Source: Hemiscyllium ocellatum (lineage: Eukaryota). From it: a stretch of 64,000 nucleotides of DNA. A program made the position numbers and the translations under genes. The DNA lies in contig NC_083450.1 in the NCBI RefSeq assembly GCF_020745735.1, positions 10,041,883-10,105,882 of the forward strand, written 5' to 3'. Each line of letters begins with the position of its first letter. The first letter of the stretch is position 1. The notes under the pieces are model-generated. The model saw only the letters and a program-made list of their open reading frames with translations. It made no database searches and was not told where the DNA came from. Of the stretch, positions 13,001-25,229 are shown piece after piece.

Positions 13001-14289
13001 TTCCAGGAGAGAATCAGCTGGTCAAACCACTTAGTTTTAAATAAGACAGACTTTATTTACAAGATTACTGAATGAAACTCAAACAACAGAAAACAGATAA
13101 CCAAATAACTTAAACTCTCTGAAAACCTAACAAATCATCCCAACTTAATGGTGCTGTTCCAAATACTTTGACACAAAGGCCAAATAAAACGGAAGTTCTT
13201 GCAGGATAGAAGTCAGTGAAAGAGTAACAGCCTGGACCGGCTTCTGTGGATCGAGCAGCTCTTTTTCACATTATCATTGAAAAAAGAGAAAAGCTGAGCT
13301 GGGATAATTGGCCACTCCTATTTCATTGCATTTAAACAAAAAAAATCTTTAAATCTTCTGCCTGAAGCAGCCTTTGTTAGCTGCGATCAAATTTTCCCTA
13401 AAACGTTCATCTCCAGACCTTTCGGAGTCTGTGTCATTGACAACGTCCCTTTAAAAAGGCCAAGGACTGCATAGCCTTGTTAAAGAAGTAGCTTTTTCAA
13501 CTGTGTTTCGTGCACAAATATCCCACCAGTCCATTTGTGTTGTTCCATTTAAATATGTCACTGTACTTTTATCCTCCATTCGAAAAAGAACAATTTCACG
13601 CTACCCCACACTATACCCCATTTGCCAACTTTATGTCTAATTACATAATTTCTGAATAAGCAATAAGTGATAAACAGAAGTAAGCAACCTGACAGCCAGG
13701 GCAGATCAGTGATAATCTCTGCAGTCCTACCACACCCAACTGTGAATGGTGATGGAAGATTGATAAAGGCAGAGAATAGATATTGCCTTTATGGACTTCA
13801 GAAAAATGTTGACTAGATTCTGCAAGGTATATTCATTAGTAAGTTTTGATTACATCCAGGGGTAGGGAGCAAATTTGACACATAATTGAATTAAAGGTAG
13901 GAGATAGAGTGCGGCATTAAAGAGTTGTATTCAGAAACCATGTTAATCTGTCATTTTACCCACTGAACAAACTTGCACATTCTAGTTCTCGACATGCCAC
14001 CTATCTCTCAAGTAGACTATTCAGATCTGGCAAGATGATGCACTACACACCTGACCCGTGCCATTTGATGTCCATCGCCTTAACAGACTTGGACCCGACA
14101 ATTGCACACTGGATTCATCTTTTGATTGTGCAACGTTCGTCGAAGTGGCTGGTTCTGCTTGTGAGTATTTAAATCTCAGAACAGGACACACCCGCACAAA
14201 TAGCATTGGGTTGGAACAGTGGGACCTGCTTTGCTTTTCATGAACTATCCTGCATTACGGAGAAACAGCATACATTTCATTTGCACTCT

Positions 14290-15414
14290 GCATTTGTGAA
14301 GGAAATGGAATTGGAATTAATGGTTAGAAATGGAAAGCTGGTTGCGCATGGAAGCATTAAGCATCAGCGGTAAGTTGACATGATTATAACTCCATAGATC
14401 AATAGGGCTTATTTTTTAACTGGGGGAGCGTTGTTACTCTGTGTAGTTTGCCAGAGAGATGGATCTATTGTGATTGTCTGCCATAAACGGCCGTTTGGTC
14501 GCTTCTCATCACATTGAATTGAGGGCGAAGTTGACTCGCTAAACGGCCCATTCTCATTCCTTAATTCCTAACACTTTGAATTTTATTGAAGTCTATGGAG
14601 GAAAAAACTGAATTCTTTCCCAGTAAGCAAATTTCTACAGCCCCTGAACCCTTAGTCTACGAATGGGCTTGGCTGCTTCAATTGAAGAAACAAAAGTATT
14701 ATATTCCAGTCAGGTAAAACGCCCTCATATCTCTCATCCCTTATATACATCACCATTCCTGTTAATAGATGCGACTCCCACCAGGTTCTTAGGCATAATG
14801 AAACTAGAAACTAAAACATATCCCCTGGCATTTTCATTTTGAGTTTCCTTTTGACATTCTTTTTTCCATGCTCTGATAATTCTCCTGCAAATCTCTCGCA
14901 ACTCAAACCCTCTGATGAAGATGCCCCACCCTGTCACAAAAGAAACAATTCTGCTTTCAAGTTTCACTTCCACCCTCAATATTTCATTTCTGATCTGAGG
15001 AGGAACAGCGTGGCTAAGCTTTGTGGGTCAACAAATTACCCTCAGGCGTCTTTTATGTCCAACAGTTGCAATATTTTGATTTTCAAAACGTTTTTTATAT
15101 GATGTAAGGTGATGATTTTACCAATTCCTCTTCGAGAACAATTTCACTAAGGACCTCATATGTGATTGAAGCTACTAATATTAATATGCAACTGTCAAAA
15201 TTATATGTGTTAGGACCCAGAGTACCTGGTCTCTCTTGTATTTCTCCAAAACTGAAATTTTGGGTTTGTGTCCGTATTATGATCGCCTTTCTAATTTGGT
15301 GATATGTTGCTGCTAGTTTCCCTGCCAATTCAACCCCATTTGAGTTTGAAAGATCATTTAAGACTGTCAGTGGCAAATCTGCTACATCCAAAAAATTCGT
15401 TGCAATTTGTAGTG
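14290..15414 (-). pseudogene. Unidentified long coding exon, copy 2
   Basis: Candidate acceptor tttactaaacag| at 15415-15416; ORFs 15095-15391 and 14734-14979; colinear with 2430-3659. Confidence 0.7.
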
Positions 15415-16716
15415 CTGTTTAGTAAATGCAGATAAGAACCTGCATTTTATTTATCTTTTATGGTACTAATAACTAAGCAACATTCTTGTTAGGAGGAGAA
15501 AGTGAGACTGCAGATGCTGGAGATCAGAGCTGAAAACGTGTTGCTGGAAAAGGGTAGCAGGTCAGGCAGCATCCAGGGAACAGGAGAATCAACGTTTCGG
15601 GCATAAGCCCTTCTTCAGGAATGAGGAAAGTGTGTCCAGCAGGCTAAGATAAAAGGTAGGGAGGATGGTCTCGGGGGAGGGGCTTTGGAGATGCGATAGG
15701 TGGAAGGAGGTTAAGGTGAGGGTGATAGGCCAGAGTCGGGTGGGGGCCGAGAGGTCAGGAAGAAGATTGCAGGTTAGGAAGGCGGTGCTGAGTTCGAGGG
15801 ATTTGACTGAGACAAGGTGGGGGGAGGGGAAATGAGGAAACTGGAGAAATCTGGGTTCATCCCTTGTGGTTGGAGGGTTCCCAGGCGGAAGATGAGGCGC
15901 TCTTCCTCCAACCGTCGTGTTGCTATGGTCTGGCGATGGAGGTGTCCAAGGACCTGCATGTCCTTGGTGGAGTGGGAGGGATAGTTGAAGTGTTGAGCCA
16001 CAGGGTGGTTGGTTTGATTGGTCTGGGTGTCCCAGAGGTGTTCTCTGAAACGTTCCATAAGTAGGCGGCCTGTCTCCCCAATATAGAGGAGGCCACATCG
16101 GGTGCAGCGGATGAGTAAATGATGTGTGTGGAGGTGCAGGTGAATTTGTGGCCGATACAGAAGGATCCCTTGGGGCCTTGGAGAGAAGTAAGGGAGGAGG
16201 TGTGGGCACAAGTTTTGCATTTCTTGCAGTTTGCAGGGGAAGGTGCCAGGAGTGGAGGTTGGGTTGGTGGGGGAGTGTGGACCTGATGAGGGAGCCACGG
16301 AGGAAGTGGTATTTTCGGAACGCTGATAGGGGAGGGGAGGGAGATATATCCCTGGTGGTGGGGTCCGTTTGGAGGTGGCGGAAATGACAGCGGATGATAC
16401 ACTGTATATGGAGGTTGGTAGGGTGGTAATAGAGAATCAGTGGGGTTCTGTCCTGGTGGCGATTCGAGGGGCGGGGCTCAAGGCGGAGGAGCGGGAAGTG
16501 GAGGAGATGCGGTGGAGGGCATTGTCGATCACGTCTGGGGGGAAATTGCAGTTTTGAAGAAGGAGGCTATCTGGGTTGTACGGTATTGGAACTGGTCCTC
16601 CTGGGAGCAGATGCGGCGGAGACGAAGGAATTAGGAATATGGGATGGCATTTTTACAGGGGGCAGGGTGGGAGGAGGTGTAGTCTAGGTAGCTGTGGTAG
16701 TCAGTCGATTTATAGT

Positions 16717-16810
16717 TCCTGATGAAGGGCTCTGGCCAGAAACGTCGAATTTCATGTTCCTTGGATGCTGCCTAACCTGCTGTGCTTTAACCAGCAACAC
16801 ATTTTCAGGG
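16717..16810 (+). mobile_element. 94-bp hammerhead-only PLE-B insert inside the PLE RT
   Basis: ttcCTGATGAagggctctggccaGAAACGTCgaa, flanked by ttatagt direct repeats (16710-16716, 16811-16817). Absent from the sister copy at ~37700. Confidence 0.8.
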
Positions 16811-18109
16811 TTATAGTAAATGTCTGTGTTGATTCAGTCACCCGAGATAGAAATGGAAAGGTCTAGGAATGGGAGGGAGGAGCCTGAAATGGTCCAGGTG
16901 AATTTGAGGTCGGGGTGGAAGGTGTTGGTAAAGTGAATGAACTGTTCAAACTCCTCGTGGGAGCACGAGGCAGCACTGATGTAGCGGAGGAAAAGGTGGG
17001 GGCTGGTGGCAGTGTAGCTGCAGAAGATGGACTGTTCCACATATCCAATGAAGAGGCAGGCATAGCTGGGGCCCACGCGGGTGCCCATGGCTACTCCTTT
17101 GGTTTGGAGGAAGTGGGAGGATTGGAAAGACAAGTTGTTCACGGTGAGGACCAGTTCAGTCAGTCGAAGGAGGGTGTCAGTGGCAGGGTACTGGTTGGTA
17201 CGGCGGGAAAGGAAGAAGCAGTGGGCTTTGAGTCCTTCATGATGGGGGATGGAGGTGTACAGGGACTGGATGTCCATGGTGAAGATAAGGCATTGGGAAC
17301 CGGGGAAGTGAAAATCATGGAGGAGGTGGAGGGCGTGGATGGTGTCCCAAATGTAGGTGGGGAGTTCTTGGACTAAGGGGGAGAGGACCGTGTCGAGGTA
17401 TGCAGAGATGAGTTCGGTGGGGCAGGAGCAGGCTGAGTCAATGGGTTTGCTGGGGCAGTCAGGTTTGTGGATTTTGGGCAGGAGGTAGAAACGGGTGGTG
17501 CGGGGTTGTGGGACTGTGAGGTTGGAAGTGGTGGATGGGAGATCACCTGAGGTGATGAGGTTATGGTTGGTCTGGATGATGATGATTTGGTGGTGGGAGG
17601 TGGGGTCATGGTCAAGGGGGCAGTAGAAGGAGGTGTCCACAAGCTGGCAGTGTAAAGGTCGGTGTGCCAAACCACTTCTGCGCCTCCCTTGTCAGCCTGT
17701 TTGATAGTGAGGTTGGTGTTGGAGCAGAGGGAGTGGAGGTCTGCACGTTCCGAGAGTGAGAGGTTGGAGTGGGAGAGAGGGGTGGAGAGGTTGAGGCGGT
17801 TAATGTCGTTGGCTATGAAGAGGTCGAGGGCGGGTAAGAGGCCAGCATGGGGCGTCCATGTGGAAGGGCTATGTTGGAGGCAGGAGAATGGATCGTCAGA
17901 GGGTGGGCGAGAATCTTGGTTCAAGATTTAGGCACGGAGGCGAAGGCGGCGGAAGAATTGTTCAATGTCTTGCCGCGTGTGGAACTCATTAATCTGAGAG
18001 CGTAGGGGAATGAAGGTGAGGCCTCTGCTGAGGACTGATCTTTCATCCTCAGAGAGCGATAGTTCTGGAGGGATGGTGAAAACACGGCAGGGCTGGGAGC
18101 GAGGACCTG

Positions 18110-18290
18110 ATGTGGGGCTGGATCTGGGAGTGGGGGCGGGGTTGGGCGTGGGGGCGGGGACGGAGATCGGCGTGGGGGCAGAGTTGGGCGTGGTGACGGA
18201 GTTCGACGTGGGGGTGGGGTTAGGCGTGGTGACGGGAATCGGCGTGGGGGCGGGGTTAGGCGTGGTGACGAAGATCAGCGTGGGGCCGAA
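18110..18290. repeat. ~36-bp tandem repeat in PLE N-terminal region (encodes VTTPNPAPTPIP-like units on minus)
   Basis: Repeated ggcgtggtgacg..ggcgtgggggcggggtta units. Confidence 0.8.
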
Positions 18291-19243
18291 GGCACATGCG
18301 GCGTTCTGGTCGTGCAGGTTAGTGATTTCACTGGGGGCGGAAGTGGCTGCAGTGACGGCAACCCAGGGGGCGGAAGTGGCTGTGGCTACGACAGAAACAG
18401 TGTTATTCCCAACAGCCACGGAGGTCGCGAATCCGTCGGCGATGGTCTTCCTGGCGATCGTGGAGGCGGTTGTCTGGGTGGCGTTCCCGGGGGTTGCGAG
18501 GTCGGTGGGGACGGAAGTGACGTCATTGTCGGCTGCGGTCGTTGCCGTGGGCGCTTTAGCGGTTGCGTGGTTAATGGCGCCACTGATTTCGGAGGCCGAT
18601 GGAAGATTCTGGAACAGTTGAGGAATCCAAGTGTGGGGGTAAGTACATGAAAGTTTTGATTCGGATTTGGTGTCGGTACTGGTTGTCCTGGTTGGGTCCA
18701 AACTTTGTTGGTCGGAATGTAGTCCGGAGTCCGTGTGGGATCAGTCGGTTCCGTAGGCAGGTGCTGAGGAAGGAGATGTGGCTGTGGTAACGAGTCTGTT
18801 TAAGAACGTGGCTGAAGAGCTTCTGTGCAGAGGAGATGACCTGGGGTGTGCAGTGAGAGAGGGACTCACTGAAAACCTTGTAGAGGGAGGAAGAGAGCTT
18901 CTTCAAGGAAGGCATTCCCTGCAATTCGGCCTACCCCAGCACTGGGTAACACTCTCACAGTCCTGCAAAGGACCTCTACTGTTCTTCATCCACAGAAGAA
19001 TCCATGCACTCAACAAACAGTTCTTCCTAGCCATATCGGAAATTAAAGACAGTAAGTACCAAATTCCACACAGTCCCCGAAATTTGGAAGCAAACCCAGA
19101 ATTGTTAACCACTGAGCCACCATGCCTCCATAAAGTGCAGCCATTCAATTGCAGTTTCAAAATAGTAAATTTTCCACGTTGGTCTACAATAAAAAAACAC
19201 TTCAGGAATAGTTTTCAATATTCTTTGGTAACATTTGGTAACA

Positions 19244-19836
19244 TTGGCAGAGGAATTGAGTTCCGGAGTCCTGAGGTCATGTTGCAGTTGTATAAGACTC
19301 TGGTGCGGCCTCATCTGGAGTATTGTGTGCAGTTTTGGTCGCCATACTATAGGAAGGATGTGGAGGCATTGGAACGAGTGCAGAGGAGGTTTACCAGGAT
19401 GTTGCCTGGTATGGTAGGAAAATCGTATGAGGAAAGACTGAGGCACTTGGGGCTGTTCTCATTGGAGAAAAGAAGGTTTAGGGGAGATTTGATAGAGGTG
19501 TACAAGATGATTAGGGGTTTAGATAAGGTAGACACTGAGAACCTTTTACCGCTAATGGAGTCAGCTGTTACAAGGGGACACAGCTTTAAATTAAGGGGTG
19601 GAAGGTATAGGACAGATGTTAGGGGTAGATTCTTTACACAGCGGGTTGTGAGTTCATGGAATGCCCTGCCAGTAGCAGTGGTGAACTCTCCCTCTTTATG
19701 GTCATTTAAGCGGGCATTGGATAGGCATTTGGAAGTTATTGGGCTAGTGTAGGTTAGGTAGGATTCGGTCGGCGCAACATTGAGGGCCGAAGGGCCTGTA
19801 CTGCGCTGCATTTTTCTATGTTCTATGTTCTATATG
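19244..19836 (+). mobile_element. CR1/HER1 LINE 3' end, 5'-truncated, relatively young
   Basis: Open LYKTLVRPHLEYCVQFWSPYYRKDVEALERVQRRFTRMLPG...FFTQRVVSSWNALP; (ttctatg)n tail. Interrupts sequence homologous to 4870-4890. Confidence 0.93.
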
Positions 19837-22289
19837 TTACGAATTTCTAAATTAGTCTTTTGGATGATCAGTATGTTTGTGTGTTTGGCAAGAAATTTAA
19901 TTTTGTGGATTCCATTTCCACTGTTGAACTACTGCAGTCATTCCATTTGTACAGTTAGATTATTTTTAACACAATGCCTGCAAAACAGCTTTGAAAATAC
20001 CAATAAGTCGAAAATACATCTTGCCTTTTTTTCGGAACTCTGTCCCAAGGTCATTAGCTTGAACATTGGATTATTAACATTCAAATATCATCATCACCAA
20101 TTTAAAGAAATAAACAAATGATTATGTTATTATACAATGAGTAATGAACAGTAACTGCTTAGCATTATCTAACAATTAAGAGTATTATTGTACACACAAA
20201 TATGTCAGAACATGTGAATTAAAAAAATCCATAATTATTGAATTGGGAGATTTCTTTTGTTTTCAGACCATCTCCAGAGTTAATGTTTTGTTTCTCACAA
20301 TTAATAAAATATATGTACTGGCAATGCTAATATTCAATTGGCCAATGAAGTATATCTTATGCTGCATTCATTATTGTTTTCAACTTAACGATATCTTTGA
20401 CGTTGTTCCAAAGTTCCTTAATTGTCAGTCCTGGAGTTAGGTATCTCAGTTAGAGATACTGGCTTCTGTTGCAACATATTGCGATTTCCATTCGAGTTGA
20501 GATCTCCATGAAGAGTTCACAATCTTGACATTGGGCCTTGCCTTCGGTTTGGTGACCTTTGGTTAAAGCAGTCGGATGATAAAATAGTCCACTGGGACAA
20601 AGGCAACTTCACTTACTTTTAATAGTCAACACCAATTTATGGTTATTGTTTCCTCTGTGTTTATCTTGCTCAGGGCATGACTCAAATAATCAAAGAATCA
20701 TGCAGTCGTACAGCTCAGAAGAAGACCGTTGGTTGATTGTGTCTGCCCACACACCTAAAATAATCCAGCACTCCTGCACTTGACCTAAAGCATATGAAGC
20801 TCTCATTCAAGCATTTTCTAAAATTCACGAGGTTCCTGCTTCTATACATTCACAGGGAGTGGATTTCAGACATCCAATAGCTTCCTGACAAAGCCATTTT
20901 CCTCAAACCCTCTATAAGCTTCTTGCCCGTCACCTGAAAGTTATGCTCCATTGATATTTACCTTTGAAAAAAGTGGACCAGCTGCTTCCTACCCATCCTC
21001 GCCACGCCCCTTACACAACTCAACCATGCCCACTCCTCAGCCTTCCCTTCTGTAAAGAAAACAACTGAAGCCTTTCCAGTGCATCTTCACAGATATAAAG
21101 CTGTATCCCTGGCAGAATTGTGGATATCCTGCATGTCCTTAAGATTATTTCCTGGTGTATTTAAGTTGAGTCAAATATAGAAATTAAATGCATAGATATA
21201 CATTTTATCGCCTTATAATGAGATAACATGCGAATGCAGTTCAAGTCCAAAAGTATTCCTTGTATCTGAGATATGGTGTGAGACAATTGTTACAATCGCA
21301 TTCCCAAGCGTACATAGATTGATAACTGTATTTTATTGCCTGTACACTTGAGAAAACATGCACATGGACATATGTTACTCCTGCTTGGCATGCACAGCTA
21401 CTGTGAATGACGTTATTAGAATAGATGCACAATACACATGGTAATTATGTACAGCTTTTCTTTCCCTGACATGTGGAGCAAAACTGTGGGAAATATGTTT
21501 GTGTTCACCCTGCGTCGTCGTTGAAAAGCTTTGTAGGTTTCTGAAGAATGCCGCCTCATTGTCTACTAAATTCTAATCAATGCAATCCTAACCAAATGTA
21601 ACCTAACCACTATTCTGCAGTTCATTATTCTTTCAAATAATAATAACTAAAAGTAGGTTTCTCATCGGCGGGGTAATTATAAAATTTACTGAACAAATTT
21701 AGAAATGCTGTTATATTCATTCTCACGTCAAATTTTGAAATTAAATTCATACAAGGCTGTATGTCATGCTGGAAAATAGGATTAGAATACTTCAGTAATT
21801 GTTTTCTCGTGACTTGGATGTGATGGGTTGAAGAGTTTTTATGATCATGGATTTTTATGACTTTGTAGAAAGGTCCAGTTGCTGTCACAAGAAATTTCAG
21901 AACTTAGTAATTTCTTAATGCAAAATATAAATGATCGATAGTTTAATTTATAACTTCACTATTCACTGTGAGCAAATTAAAGCTGAATAAATATTGCGCC
22001 TGCTGTAAACTTCCAAACCAATGTGAAGTACCGGTACATTGGTGCGAATGTTTAACAACAAGGTGTAAAGCAGGGAAGAGAGGCTAATCTGATCTGTATC
22101 TGTATTGTAAAGGAAGTTCAACAACACCTCACAGACAGGGCATAACATCTGAAAAGTCACCGTCCACCTAATGTAGCTGGGCGGCAGTGAATGCTTGCAA
22201 AGCTAGGTTCCAACACAAATGCGCTCATAATAAGTTTGCTTCCAACTGTGCCAGTGGAGCCATTTCTAAGCCAATCTGGAAAACTCATC

Positions 22290-22535
22290 TTCACTTTTTG
22301 AGGAAGTAGTGCTGGTATGACCTTTTCATCAGGAACATCCTTCCTGCGTTTACCCTGTCTAGTCCTGTTAGAACTTCAAAGATTTATTTCCAGAGATCTT
22401 CCTCTCATCCATTTAATCCAATGAATATAGCACTAACCAATCCAGTTTCTCGTCAGATATCAGTCCTAACATTCAGTGTAACGTTTTGAACCTCTGTTAG
22501 AACATAGAACATAGAACATTGAACATAGAACATAG
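22290..22535 (-). mobile_element. Degenerate LINE 3' remnant with (AACATAG)n tail repeat
   Basis: gaacatagaacatagaacattgaacatagaacatag at 22500-22535 is the reverse complement of the CR1 tail. Confidence 0.5.
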
Positions 22536-23821
22536 TTCAATGCCTTATTCCTCGACCTTGATCTGCAAACCAATAACTACAGTATTGATTTAGCTATCAA
22601 ACCCATAAAACATTTTTTATATTCACAGTATATTCTTCCTCGTCCAGTTTTAGAATATTAATATCAGTGCACACAACACAGAAACTGCCACAAGCAATTT
22701 AGTAATTTATTAATTTCTTAACACAAATTGTAACTGTTCGTTAGATGCTTTGCAATTTATATTATTTGCTGTAAGCAAAAAGAAAATGGTTTTAATAATC
22801 GATTTGAAGTTCCAAATGAATTTCAAGCACTTCTTTCATTGAGCTCAATTGTTTACAAATACGAGGCCAAAAACACAGAGGTGTGATAAGGCAGATCTGT
22901 ATTCATGTCACAAAGAAAAGTCAAAGCGCCTCATAGACAAGGATATACAATCTGAAATCGCATCATCGTTCTAATGCAGTACTTTTAGCAGCGAATGTTT
23001 GCAAAATTATGTCTGACACTGATGTATAAATAATTAAAAGTTTTCTTGCAATGATGCTTGTCGTGACATTTTCTTCCCAGACAGATGAAGAAACTCACCT
23101 GCATTTTTCGAGAATGTAGAGACCAAGTGATATTTTACATTGACCGTAAATGAAAATGGTATTGTTGGTTATTGAGTGTGCAACTTTGCTGCAGCACAGA
23201 TTCTTCAACTGAATTTTACTCTGCACGTAAAAATTCGGGACGGGCGCAGTAAAGTACGATTCATTGCCTTCCAAACAGTACTGCTGAGTACTTTGCGAAA
23301 GTTAACACTGTGTGAGAGAAAAAAAGAGCAGACCTGAAAGGGGGTGAAGAGGTAATGTTGTTGCATGAGAGGTTGCAGAACCAAAAATGCTTTCCGACTA
23401 CAAACTGCTGAGGATTACTTGTACATGTATGGGTTGATAAATTTATTGCTTTCTGGAACATAAACACGTGGAAAGAGAGGATCTCCTAATGACCAGACGA
23501 ATGTGACCTGCATCAAGCTGTTAAATTGAATTCCCAGAAGCCTGTTTTATTATTTGTTTCCCACGACCTACCTTTCAAATATGTTGAAAGAAAACGAAGA
23601 CCAATTACCATTTGAAACCGGTCTGTACGTGCATACTTGACGTGTAAACAGGAAACCCACAAGCAATCTTAAAAATGGCTCTCTAGTTTCCACTATGGCA
23701 TATGCTTAAATGCACAACCGCAATTGTGCATTTCATCTTATGATGCACCAAAATACAGGGTAAACAGTAAGAAAAAAGCAAATCAGCGTGGTTCTCACGG
23801 TGTGAACTTCATCCACAGCGA

Positions 23822-23864
23822 ATGAATATTATAACTGTCTGTGCTATGTTTCGGCTTCTGCCAG
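23822..23864 (+). CDS. Leader exon of VJ-type IgSF receptor gene
   Basis: ATG..MNIITVCAMFRLLP + phase-1 donor ccag|gttaga. Joins in frame to the phase-1 acceptor at 24519 (...LLPVTALHN). Confidence 0.65.
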
Positions 23865-24192
23865 GTTAGATTTTCTTACTATTAGCCTCTTGGGTACTAC
23901 CAGGCTAGGATCAACGGGAAATGTTAGTCAAAGAGGAATATTACTTGACAATTTTCTGTAATATCAATAGTATATTGAAGAACAGAATTACTTAGATAAA
24001 TTACATTTCTCGTGAGTATTCCGTGACAAAAAGAAAACTCGGGATTCCAGTTATTTCTTACTGGTCAATTTCCCACGAAAATGTTTAGAATAACTTTCAC
24101 AATATTTAATGCAACTGTTGTTTGCAGATTCCCCCTGTGCTCAAATATATTAATCGCTTTTACTGGATGGAATCATTAATTGCATTGTAAAA

Positions 24193-24363
24193 NNNNNNNN
24201 NNNNNNNNNNNNNNNNNNNNNNNNNNNNNNNNNNNNNNNNNNNNNNNNNNNNNNNNNNNNNNNNNNNNNNNNNNNNNNNNNNNNNNNNNNNNNNNNNNNN
24301 NNNNNNNNNNNNNNNNNNNNNNNNNNNNNNNNNNNNNNNNNNNNNNNNNNNNNNNNNNNNNNN
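24193..24363. other. Assembly gap (171 N) in the leader-V intron
   Basis: Run of N. Confidence 1.
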
Positions 24364-24518
24364 NCATTCTTACTTGTTCTATTTAACATCCAGTAATTCC
24401 CACAAGTATTCATGAAGATTGCTGATCACCAAAGAAAATATCGTCCTTTCTTCATTGACAACAGATATTCTATTAGCATGGAAAAGTTTTATTTTGTTGT
24501 TCCACCTCCTGTTTCCAG

Positions 24519-24860
24519 TTACTGCACTTCACAACACCCTCCTGCAGACTCCACGACTTCAGACCGTCTCTGTTGGAAGTTCCATTAAGCTGAATTGCCA
24601 CACAGATTGGTATGTGAGTGGACAACTTCACTGGTATAAACAGCAGCTACGAGAACATTTGCTAAAGGTTGACTTAACGGACGAGAACTTCATTTCAGAT
24701 GGAAGAAAGATTTCTGGAGAAATTAATAATGCTTTGACTATTTATACACTTGCGATTGATGATGTTCAAGTGAATGATTCGGGTCGATATTACTGTGCAG
24801 CGTGGAAATTCTATGGAAGGCCCTTGGTATTCGGAAATGGATCAACACTGCACGTTACAG
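24519..24860 (+). CDS. Germline-fused V-J immunoglobulin variable domain exon (open)
   Basis: Acceptor ctgtttccag|; SIKLNC (B-strand Cys), LHWYKQ (Trp), LAIDDVQVNDSGRYYCAAW, LVFGNGSTLHVT (FGxG J motif); donor acag|gtcaga, phase 1. Confidence 0.93.
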
Positions 24861-24934
24861 GTCAGAGTTAAGACTGATTTATTAATTTTAAGGTTGAAAA
24901 AATGTAATCCTATCTTACTTCCCAACTTACTCAG

Positions 24935-25229
24935 GCTCCTCCAACCATATTTCTCTTTTCTCCAACACCAGATGGAATGAGTGAAATCAATGGAAGTTTG
25001 CTCTACCAGATAGGTAACTACAGTATTTATCAGTTTATGCGATATGTTTAATGATAATGAGACTTTGTTGCTTGCAATAGGATAATTAGTATTCACATTT
25101 TCTTCCTTCCTTTGCAACCACACATGAACACACTGTAAGTAATCTAATCTAATCTAAACATTGACATTTTTAAGATCTCTACGTGCTACACTCATAAACT
25201 TTCTGGCCGAGTATCTCAGTCTGTTTTAG
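24935..25229 (+). pseudogene. Decayed C1-set constant-domain exon
   Basis: APPTIFLFSP (A strand); SLLYQIGNY (B-strand Cys read as Tyr, TAC); VFTFSSFL (E); STCYTHKLSGRVSQSVL|gtgact (F/G). Out of phase with VJ, internal stops, SINE-tail remnant at ~25127-25158. Confidence 0.6.

Larger units (their letters stand above)
7300..13505 (-). mobile_element. Gypsy/Ty3 LTR retrotransposon, Gmr1-like order (gag-PR-IN-RT-RH), decayed
   Basis: 5' LTR ~12908-13505; degenerate tRNA-Pro PBS 12886-12904; gag 12000-12680; protease (LRDTGS..FVLANDIA) 11580-11950; integrase (QKHFYWP..C..CQ; STRFPEAV) 10500-11200; RT (YISKLELLRGHWQVPL..GIYQCKVM.FG) 9500-9900; RH (AKPFEV..GIGAV) 7400-7630. Confidence 0.85.
15492..19075 (-). 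mobile_element. Penelope-like element (PLE family B), near full length, frameshifted, with 5' inverted fragment
   Basis: RT (FYLLPKIHKP; TMDIQSLYTSIPH; QTKGVAMGTRVGPSYACLF) 16834-17670; GIY-YIG (CTRCGLLYIGETGR..ERFREHL) 15774-16298; FFRRLRLRA 17928; pLTR with hammerhead core on minus 15594-15619. Confidence 0.92.

Noticed and set aside
18010-18621. 203-aa Gly/Val-rich ORF
   Set aside because: Antisense of the PLE Pro/Thr-rich repeat region
18778-19752. 324-aa ORF, the longest in the window
   Set aside because: Chance chimera of antisense PLE, an inverted PLE fragment, a unique spacer and a CR1 3' end
20267-20440. Exon-like segment with YMYW and FNLTIS Ig-like words
   Set aside because: Stops in the Ig-like frame and no Cys-Trp-Cys spacing; cannot be supported without an HMM
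21964-23312. CACTGTG heptamers (21964, 23306) as recombination signals
   Set aside because: No nonamer at 12- or 23-bp spacing; none seen flanking the VJ exon either
24150-24413. ORFs full of X
   Set aside because: Artefacts of the N gap
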